From Entomortierella parvispora E1425 (lineage: Eukaryota > Fungi > Mortierellomycota), in NCBI GenBank assembly GCA_020891255.1, contig BQFW01000013.1, positions 1,984,001-2,048,000 on the forward strand: a stretch of 64,000 nucleotides of DNA. The letters run 5' to 3'. Made by a program: the position numbers and the translations under genes. Shown here in pieces: positions 34,792-44,025 of this stretch. How positions within the stretch are numbered: position 1 is the first letter of the stretch; every line of letters begins with the position of its first letter. A model generated the notes under the pieces. It was not told the DNA's origin, searched no databases, and saw only the letters and a list, made by a program, of their open reading frames with translations.

Positions 34792-37700
34792 TAAAACCCA
34801 AAAGAATGACTTCAGTGCTAAAGAAATTACATTTGTCAGGGTTCAGAATAAGGTTGGCTTTGGTGAGGCGTTTGATGACCTCTCGGACATGTTCACGATG
34901 TTCTTCCGCTGTGTCTGAGAAGATAACAATATCGTCTACATACACAGCAACAAAGGGCAGATCACCTAGGATGAGTGACATTCCTCTTTGGAATATGGAA
35001 GTCATTGGTTTCAAACCAAAAGGGGCACGAGCAAACATGTATTGTTTGCCGTTGTGCATGAAGGCAATCAAGGGTTGACTCTCCTTTGTGAGTGCTAACC
35101 GATGATACGCCTGAAATAGATCGAGTGTGGAGAAGAATCGGTGACCAGCCGCCTTCTCTAGAATGTCTGCTACTTGAGGCAGCGTGAAGTTGTCAGTGTC
35201 TTCTAAGAGACTATTGAGGTGACGAGGGTCTAGACACACTCGGTTTTTGAGGAGGTTGCCTTCTAGATCGTGCCTTGCAGCCATTGTAAGTTTGTTCATA
35301 TGAGGAGTGCCGTGCGGTACTGGAACAATGACACCGTCGTTCAACCATTTTGATATTTGAGCATCCACCTCCCCCTTTTGAGATTGGGAGAATGGTTTAG
35401 AGGAGCGTTGGAAGACGGTTGCACCGTCCTTGGTTGTAAGATGCACCTTCATGCAGGGATGAGGACAGCAGCTTTGAGGATTAATTGCTGCATTCTCTGC
35501 AAGGGGAGCGCCAATTGCGGACAGGAAATCCTGTCTTTGAGATTTAAACTCTTCGGAGTTTTCATGATCGGGGCGTGTGGAGGACACAATAGAAGGTTTT
35601 TTGTCAGATTCGACGTTGTCATGTAATAGGTCTGGGCGTTTGAATTGGATGCCGCTAATGGAAAAACCTAGTCGGGAAAACAGGTCCATTCCTAAATAGC
35701 AATCGTAGCTGTCCAGCTTCATGACATCGAGTTGGTAGTTTAGGGCGCGGCCATTGCAGCCGACTTGAACAGCCTGAGTAGTGATGCAAGTGGGATTGAC
35801 ATGATCAGGGTTGGCTAACACAGTTTTGGTGCCTGAAAGCAGAGTAGTTGGGATGCATAGCTCTTCAGCTACTCGTGGATCAATTGTTGTCTGTGTGCAA
35901 CCCGTGTCAAGCAGAGCTGTATACTCAACACCATTGAAAGTGATAGGAACTACAAGTCGTGTATCTTCTGGTTTTTGGCCAGTGAATGCACAATTGGAGC
36001 GATCAAATTGATCGGCAGGGAAAAAAGGAACTGCTTGTGCAGCTTCAGTAAGAGATAGAGCATTGAACTTAGGAGTAACATTATGGATAGAACGAGCCAA
36101 GTCACCATGAGTGGAACAAGTAGAATAAGAGGAACCAAGAACCATAGATTTAATTGCATCAACATTACTATAATCATGGTCAAGACCTTTGGTGTCCTCG
36201 TTGTCGTCAATATCATCGATTTTGAGGCCAAAGTCAGGAATAGGATCATCATCGTCAGCCTCGCCTTCAATGAGACGGTTAATGGCTGCGTTGTGTCTTT
36301 TGGAGTAATTAGAAGAGTTTTGCTTGTTCTTATGAGCAAATGTAGAATTGGAGGAACCGTTGGAGTTTGAAGACTCGGACGTGGGAGTTCCGGAGCTTGC
36401 AGGTGTGCGATTGTTGCTATGTCTTCTGCAAGATGAGTCCCAGTGTTGCTTCGTAAGGGTGGTGCACGGAGGATTGGTGCACCACTTTTCACCATGTGGG
36501 AGTCGTGGCGAGGATCGATCACTCTTGCCTTTCTGCTTGTGTTGCTTACGACTGGACTTGCGATCTCGAGGAGCAGGCGATGGAGAGCGTTGCCGCTTAG
36601 AACCGCCATGGGAAGCAGAGTACGATGAATGACCTTTAGTGCCGGTGTGGTGTAGTAGATGTGGAGTCCCGGTCCACATCCATCGGAGTAGAGATATATT
36701 TTCAGTAGCATTTATTATTTTGTTTAGTTTCAGTTTTTTTTTCTATAAAGAAGGGAGCAAAATCCATTTTGCTCCTGGTTGCCTTTTTCCTTTACGATTC
36801 CTGCCAGTACACTTTTGTTGAACCCTTCAGAACACAAACACACATCCCCCCCTTCCTGCCCGATATCCCCTTTGCAGCAGCAGCAAGCTCGACGCCTTAA
36901 TTCCGATTGCTGAGACTATTAGTAGCTAGTCTAAACCTCCTCCCCTTACCTTTGGATATCACAGACCTATTGCGTTCTGTTGATCGACCTTGTACACTCA
37001 CAAGTTACGATCTTCCCCGTCCTCGACAAGTCCCGTCAAGAACCTCGGCCAACCAGTTCTCCGTGTCCTTGCTCACTTACGAGGTACCAACAATGTCTTG
37101 TCTCTTTTGAGTGGACTTGTACGATCTTGGCATCCCACCCTGAGGCCTTAACTGGCGCTTGGGCACCCTGAGACCTTAACTGGTGCTTGGGAACCTCCCT
37201 TATCTTCTCGTCGCCTTCCCTCGAGTCCCTCCTGAACCCTCAGTTAGGCGGCCTTGTCCCCTTTCCCTGGATAGAATACTTCTAGCCTTGCTCTTACTGA
37301 TTAGATCCCTTCAATCCTCCCTTGTTGTTGTTATTAGTTAGTATAGTACCTAGTGTTCGCCTCCGTAGTTGTTTATTCTCCTGTTTGGTTACCATTAGGA
37401 CGTGCTTAGCTCATTGGTATGTCCTTATTAGTCTCCTTTCAGTTTCGTTCCTGCTTATATCGTGATCCTGTTGCTCATTCTCCTCCTCCTGTCTATCCAG
37501 TTCATTCTCTCGAGATTGTATCTGATCATATAGCAGTGCTGTGCTTGATCCTTGTGGCACAGAGAGCAAAGTCCCTATCATATGTAAGCAGCGAGCTTTG
37601 TTCGTTATTATTCTTTTCGTTATCATTTTCATCTCCAGCCTTTGCTGACGTTAGACTATACTTACTTTAGACAACATCACACCGTCTTGTTTGATAAGGT

Positions 37701-38997
37701 GCGGAGCCCATTGAGAGGCTACCCAGAAACCGCCCCAAGGATATGTACCCTGGAGAGTATTACTGGTGTTGCGGATAAACGTTAGAAGCGCATCGTAGTC
37801 CTTGATGTCGGACAACCGATTGAAATGAGACAGAGCAAGGTTCTGAACATTGTCCGGGACCGCTCGATAGAGGACCCCGACTAGAAGTGACTGAGGGAAA
37901 TCCGTGTTGCCTCGAGCATCGGCAATACCAGAGGCTCTGAGCAAGCCCTCAAAGCGACAGGCGAAGGTTTCTGAGTTCTCCTGAGGGAGCGCCTTGAATG
38001 TGAAGACTCGCTCAAGCAGATCACCATTGATCATGTCAAGGCAGAAAATGGTTTTGATAGCTTTCTCGACTTGAACCCAAGTACGATCCAGTGGATTTTT
38101 GATCAGCTCCATTTGAGAATCAAAACGACGGTCCATCTCTACTTTTTGCAAAGCGACCGAGACGTAACGCCAAGCCAATGGATCAAAAAGCTCGGTAAGA
38201 CGTTCTCGCAAGAACTTCTCAAAACGATCGAGAAAGGTGAAGATGACCTCGACAAACTTGGCTTCAAAGTCCTTCTTTTCAACATTCTTGAGCTGCGAAG
38301 TCAGATCTAAGACCGGACTTGAAGGGTAGTGGGCGAGACTAACTCTAGCAAAGTCGACTGACAGGGTGCCTGGAAAGACTGGAATGGACTTGAAGCTGTT
38401 GTAACGGACCAACGCTTGATGGAAAGGAGCGTTGAGAACGGGAGCCACGTTGGATGAATTCAAAAGTACTTGTGAAGTCTCTTGTGCAAGTGAAGTGGCC
38501 GTCGGAAAAATAAGCGGGCGACGCCTGTTGAGTGCTTCTCTAGCTACTTCCAGATCAGCGTTGGCTTGCTTCAACTTGTCAGCAAGATCAGTCAACATCA
38601 GATCGCGTTGCACAACTAATGAGGGTTGTTCTGCAGGAGGACTAGCGTTGATGAGCTCCTCAGCCTTGAGTAGAACATCTTCGCGTTGTTCAGCCAATTC
38701 ATCCACCCGCTGTTGCTTGCGCACAACGAGGGACTCTAGCTGAGCGATTCTGCTAACAGGTGGCTCTCCGTCTACTTCCATGGGAGCGGAAGAGCGCAAT
38801 AGTTCAGCGAAGCCAGCAAAGGCACTCGTTGGAACTGGAGAAGGAGATCCACTGTTGTTGAGCGCGAGGATTGAGCTGTGAGACTCAAGCGGGTTGGATA
38901 CAACTGGAGTGGCCTCGGCTGAGATTCCAGAGGAGTCCTCTCCAGTGTTTTGAGGCACAGGAGCAGGAGAAGTGTTCTGTGGAGAACCGTTCGACAT
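34792..38997 (-). pseudogene. E gag-pol: join(38997-37682,36641-34792), ~1055 codons, truncated in RT by Tc1
   Basis: The frame is continuous after removing 36646-37681 and one 4-bp target copy. Confidence 0.85.
36646..37681. mobile_element. Composite LTR insert: D' part (36646-37311), 70 bp unassigned, and E-type LTR part (37382-37681)
   Basis: The left part matches 27730-28396 reversed; the right part matches 39229-39527. Flanks are CCGG and CCGT. Confidence 0.8.
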
Positions 38998-39228
38998 CTT
39001 TCAAGAGATTAATGTCTACGACGAAGGGATCGTGAGGGAATGTGGTGGCCTTCGTTTTACGTCAAAAAAAGTGTGCGGGGCAGGGGGTCCCCGTCAACGT
39101 GAGTAAGTATGGGTACGAGTAATGACGAGACGGAAGAAGAGATCTGTTTTAATGAGAGAGCGCTGGAGGCGCTGATATATCTTCGTCAACTAAAAATTAA
39201 GGGTCAGAGGCCTGATCCGGCACACTCC

Positions 39229-39527
39229 TGTTCGGTTACCATTAGGACGTGCTTGCTCATTGGTATGTCCTTATTAGTCTCCTTTCAGTTTCGTTCCTGC
39301 TTATATCGTGATCCTGTTGCTCACTCTCCTCCTCCTGTCTATCCAGTTCATTCTCTCGAGATTGTATCTGATCATATAGCAGTGCTGTGCTTGATCCTTG
39401 TGGCACAGAGAGCAAAGTCCCTATCATATGTAAGCAGCGAGCTTTGTTCGTTATTATTCTTTTCGTTATCATTTTCACCTCCAGCCTTTGCTGACGTTAG
39501 ACTATACTTACTTTAGACAACATCACA
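39229..39527 (-). repeat. E 5' LTR (shared 299-bp part; may extend to TGTGGTG at 39041)
   Basis: Direct repeat of 37382-37681. A TGTGGTG at 39041 would give a 6/7 terminal inverted repeat. Confidence 0.75.
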
Positions 39528-40418
39528 GCGCGCCTCAGACATCCTGTTGAAGACATCACTCTTTCACCCTACCTTCAATATTATTTACGGTGTGATCGAT
39601 GCTCATCAGTTCAATCAAGTAAGAACAACACTCCCCTGGAATATGACGCCCTCGTTCCAGAGACACCTCCGCTGCAGCAATCAAAGGACACACCAGCGCC
39701 TAGTCATAGTCTTGTGAAGGAAAGTGGCCAGCACATGGTGGCCATGCTGGACGTTTACTCGAACGAAGGCGAAGATGGCACTGTTTTAGATGAGTTTGAT
39801 CGATTCTTCAAAAAACGACAATGTGCAGATATTGACGTTGATCTGCTACAGTGGTGGAGCGAACACCGCGCCGCTTATCCCATTTTGTCGAAGCTTGCCC
39901 AAAAATACCTTATCGTTCCAGCGGCATCTGTTCGTTCCGAGCGGTTGTTCAGTGTTGCTGGTAACTTTGTCACAGACAAGCGTAATCGGTTGCTCGATGA
40001 GGCTATAAGTGACATGGCGATCAGCAACGAGATCAGTCGCTGTCTTGATAAGCTGTCGAAGCTGTCCAATCTGTTGAAGCCTTCGAAGTGAGATATTTTC
40101 ACATTCATAGTCTTTTTTACATTCATAGTATAGTATCTATCTACACCCATACCCCCATACCTTCAATAAATTCAGACGATTTTGCTCCCACCGCTGTGGA
40201 GTTATTAATTAATAACTGCTGGTTAACTGAGTTAAACCAGTTAATCCAGTTAAACCAGTTAAACCAGTTAATCCAGTTAATCCAGTTAATTTACTCAGTT
40301 AAACTTAAATCCAGTTAACCCAGTTGATTTATTTCACAAGTGAGGTCGGTTAAAAATTGACTGGTCAAAACGCACGTCTTTTTTTTTGACCGAGTCAATC
40401 AGTTAACTGAGTTAACTA
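39528..40418 (+). mobile_element. hAT-superfamily transposon, 3' remnant
   Basis: ORF 39714-40091 has the hAT dimerisation signature (LLQWWSEH...YPILSKLAQKYLIVPAASVRSERLFS). Subterminal repeats lead to a probable terminus ...GTTAACTA at 40418. Confidence 0.85.
40220..40418. repeat. hAT subterminal repeat array (CAGTTAA units)
   Basis: About ten CAGTTAA-like units, several head-to-tail (AACCAGTTA/ATCCAGTTA). Confidence 0.85.
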
Positions 40419-40883
40419 GGTCAAAAAAAAAAAGTTAAAAACACTAATTTGTTTGCACCAGTCAAGCAAAATCCACCGTTGCTCGTCTGGTGACAGGTCA
40501 GGTTGCATGGAGCGTCTCTGTTCCTCAGAGAGGATATCAGTACCAGGGCCAGGATTTCCATGAAGAGCAGGTTGTGGTACAGCACTAGAGCCAAAACTGG
40601 CAGCGGGGGTGATAGCACCAGAACTTGCCCCAGCTGACGCAAAGAATGTGTGCATCGATTCTGATGAACAACTCGGTTAGGTCAATATACAGACAGGTAA
40701 GAAGGTAAGGAGCATTGAACAGGTAATTCAGAAACGTACCCGCGCCTTGCTGTCCTCCTAAGCAGAATGAAGTGATAAGTTAGCACAGGCAGAAAAACAA
40801 AATTCACCGACGCATCGGGGAGCACTACTACCTTTGCGGATCGACTTAGGTTTGAGTTGGGCAACACTTTTTTTCGGTGGCAT
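40419..40883 (-). pseudogene. 5' part of a spliced gene (MPPKKSVAQLKPKSIRK...), running into the hAT end: exons 40883-40832, 40757-40740, 40660 onward
   Basis: Two GT-AG introns with CTAAC branch sites and consistent phase, including an 18-nt microexon. No family recognised. Confidence 0.55.
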
Positions 40884-41809
40884 CAAGTAAGGAAGTGGGG
40901 AATGGCAAGCGAAGAAAGAGGAAAGGTAGGGATGGTTAGGGGAGGAAAGAAGAGAAAAGCGCCTCTCGGCTTGCCAATTGCGTTTTTTCTGTCAGCATGG
41001 AGGAAGTTGTTGATATGAGACTTTTTTTTTTTTTGCGTACATGACTTCAATAGCGAATAGGTTCGATGTTTTTCTCTTCTCAGGTGCTGGGTGCCAGGTG
41101 TCAGCGTCAGCTAGACGTCTTTCAAGACCCAACCAGAGGAGTGGCACAGAATAGGTCTTTCCAGCGCAGCTACTCTGGCCACTCTAGCTTTTCTGTAAGC
41201 GATGCAGGACTGAGGGAGGCTATTATTATTATGATTGTTGAAAAATAATTTTTCTGTGGCAATGAGCCCAGCCAACGATGCGCCCATGCAGAAGTTCTTT
41301 TTGTCGCCTTCAATTGAGCCAACCTTCTTGGAAAAAATCGTCGCAGTTCAACCTGCCAAAATGCAAAAACCAATTGCCAACAATCGTGCCAATTTATTTC
41401 TCGAAGTGGCTCAAAAAAAACGAAGTTCAAGACAAAAACTTCGGGTTGACTGTATATTTTGCCCAACAAGACTTGACTGATGAGGTTTATGATTTCTCTC
41501 GACATGCAGCAGCAGGTATCTTCTTGGTGAAAATCTCGGGGGGAGCTGTATTCCGGATCCACTATTTTTCTTTTTTATTTAACGAGGACAACAACATCTG
41601 ATGCTCGCGTCATAAAAAAAAAAAAAAGAGCCGCTATGCGCGTCTCTTTAATAAACAGCCATCTTCCCTTCACTGTTTCTCAATCTTCGTTTGACCGGAC
41701 GTCAGAGGGAGAGGGAGGAGATTTGAAAACAGGAGGCAAAATAAATGCTTTTTTTCTTTTTCTTTTTCTTTTTCAAAGATCAAAATTTTAATTAGATAAA
41801 ATGGCGGGC

Positions 41810-43096
41810 CTATCTGGAGCTGTCTTCCTCGTTGTCATGGCCACATCCCTGTTTTTCGTGTCTCTTCAATTTGTCCAAACGGCCAAAGCGCTCACCACAT
41901 TGGCCACAGCTATATCGGCCAACCTCCTCGTGAACATTTCTAACATGGCGAACATAATCTGTACGACGTTTGAAAGGACGTCCACACACCCCACACAAGA
42001 ATGCAGGCACCTTCAAGTGGCACCGGGAATGCGACGCAAGCTCACCCTTTGTTGGGAAAGCCTTGTCACACTCTTGGCAAGGGAAACGACGAGGCACAGC
42101 GTCACTGCTAGACCTGCGCTCAACCGATTTGTTGGCTTTGGAAATGGTGGGCAACGTTCGTGAGCGGGTAGCCGAAGGGCGCTTAGGGCGGGTAGCTGAA
42201 TGGATGGACTCTGGAGCCTGGTCTCTGTAAATCGATGGAACACTTGCTGCATAGTGGTTATCTGTGGTATAAAGGGGTGTCGCTGGGGGTGTTGGAGAGT
42301 AGGGTTGTTGTGGCTCAGAAGCGCCGTAAGAAGACGAATAAGAATTGCTTGCATAGGGGCCATGGCGTTCGACACCAAATGGTGTCGACATGTATTGTTG
42401 TCCATAGTAGTCGGCCGATGGCGAGTTTGAGAAAGCGTAGGAGTGACCCATCATATTGCCCTCAGGGCGTTGTTGAGGGTATGAGGGGAAATCAGGCGAT
42501 GCACCGCCGGATGGGTCGGGGCTCTGATTACTGTTGTAGTCGTAATAGTAGTGCTGTCCGGGATGGCCTTGAGCAGGTCCAGCACTATATTCAACCTGAT
42601 TCATCGATCGGCCATGTCCTGCATGTTTGAAGCCGTGTTCGTGGTTATCAGTGTAGTACTGAGGCACATGGTAGGGGTATGGCATCGTCTCTCCCAAGAT
42701 CATACCGGGGTGGCTGACACCCTGGAGCGGCGTCATAGTGGCCAGAGTGGATGTCATACCAACGGGAACGGGCGAACCTGGCAACGGTGTTCTCGGAGAG
42801 AGTGATGCTACAGGCGACACAGGGAAGGTAGAGACCTGTACAGAGTCCAGGGGACTGCCGAAAGGCTGAGGCGCCTGAGAATGCTCTTGGAAAGAGTGGT
42901 TCCGGTGCTGGTGCTGGTACTGGTGCACATTGTCCGAGGAGGCGTTGTTGAGAATCCCTTTGAGCCGCATCCTGTCCTCGGGCTTTGGAGCAATGGCACT
43001 GTCTGTTCCGTACATAACCGCGGAATCAGAGTGGAGCTGCAAGGAGTCCGAGCCGAGGGGCGAGGGCGTGAACATGGATGTCTCGTAAGAGGGCAT
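41810..43096 (-). CDS. C2H2 zinc-finger transcription factor, 428 aa, intronless
   Basis: Three C-terminal fingers (CQECDKAF...HSRCH; CGVCGRPF...HVRNVH; CGQCGERF...HEKQGC) after a low-complexity P/S/Y/Q region. Confidence 0.92.
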   Translation of the reverse strand: MPSYETSMFTPSPLGSDSLQLHSDSAVMYGTDSAIAPKPEDRMRLKGILNNASSDNVHQYQHQHRNHSFQEHSQAPQPFGSPLDSVQVSTFPVSPVASLSPRTPLPGSPVPVGMTSTLATMTPLQGVSHPGMILGETMPYPYHVPQYYTDNHEHGFKHAGHGRSMNQVEYSAGPAQGHPGQHYYYDYNSNQSPDPSGGASPDFPSYPQQRPEGNMMGHSYAFSNSPSADYYGQQYMSTPFGVERHGPYASNSYSSSYGASEPQQPYSPTPPATPLYTTDNHYAASVPSIYRDQAPESIHSATRPKRPSATRSRTLPTISKANKSVERRSSSDAVPRRFPCQECDKAFPTKGELASHSRCHLKVPAFLCGVCGRPFKRRTDYVRHVRNVHEEVGRYSCGQCGERFGRLDKLKRHEKQGCGHDNEEDSSR

Positions 43097-44025
43097 TGTA
43101 TCTATTACGGAGACAGGAGGTGGTTTGTGTCAGAAGACGCACGTTGTGCCTGGATTTTTTATTCCCGAGGAGAGACCCGGCGAATAACGAGAGTCGCGAG
43201 GAACGCGCTCGTCTATTTCCCAGCCAGTCAGCGCCTTGGGACTCGTCCGTTTTTAGAGACGAAGGAGAAGAACTGCTTCTTTCAACAGGCATGTCGCACT
43301 TACGGGAGATGAAGAGCAATGGCTGACAAGGAGAGAGGGGAATGAGGCAGAAGAGCGAGAAGAGAGGAAGAGAGAAAGAGAGTTAAGGATGAAAGGTGAT
43401 GATGGATCAGAAGAGTTGATTGCAGTGCATGCAAAGTGGGGGGTTCGTTAGCGAGGATAGGAAGGATGAAGAGAGGATGGAGAGAGGATGGAGGTGAGAG
43501 GAGGGATGAGGGAGGAGGGGGAAGGTCAAGAGGAAAAAGAAGATGAACAGCGACAGCGACGGCAGAAAAAGAGAGGAAACAAGAACGGGCTCTCTAGTCC
43601 CATCCTCTCTCTGTTGTCTGCCCTGTCGCCCGGTCCGCTGCCTTTTGCACCAATGGTGCCGCGTCCTTCTCTGCGCCTTCTGCTGGCCAGCCGGCGGGCC
43701 TGCACTGCCCAAAAGGCCGTTCAACAAAACCACTCATTCAGTTTCCCTTCTTCAAAGCGCATCGCACCATTGAGCTGCTCAATCGAGTCCTTGCTCATGG
43801 GACACACAACTTGCACCAGGAGTAATGAGCAGGAGCACACTTTTGCATCTCTCATTAGCATCCATCCATTGCTCTCGGTGCTCATCAACCGTCCCTTGAA
43901 CCAATCTGGTAAATCTCGTGCCCCAAACTGTATTCTAACTGCTCTCTGACGGTGCTCTTGTGCCATGTTCCCTACTCTCTCCCACGGACCACGGCAAATG
44001 AGCCGCTGGGATGCATGTATCGGTT

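Larger units (their letters stand above)
34792..39527 (-). mobile_element. Ty3/Gypsy element E (single gag-pol ORF, related to C), 5' half only; inserted in the hAT remnant
   Basis: LTR starts TGTGATG at 39527. gag ORF 38997-37682 and gag-PR-RT ORF 36641-34792 (LLDTG, RVCLDPRHLN, LDLFQAYHRL, YVDD) rejoin in frame as IKQDG-TKGHSS. Confidence 0.88.

Noticed and set aside
41066-41601. ORFs of 60-130 aa between the hAT and the zinc-finger gene
   Set aside because: No recognisable motif or consistent splice model; likely UTR or intergenic.
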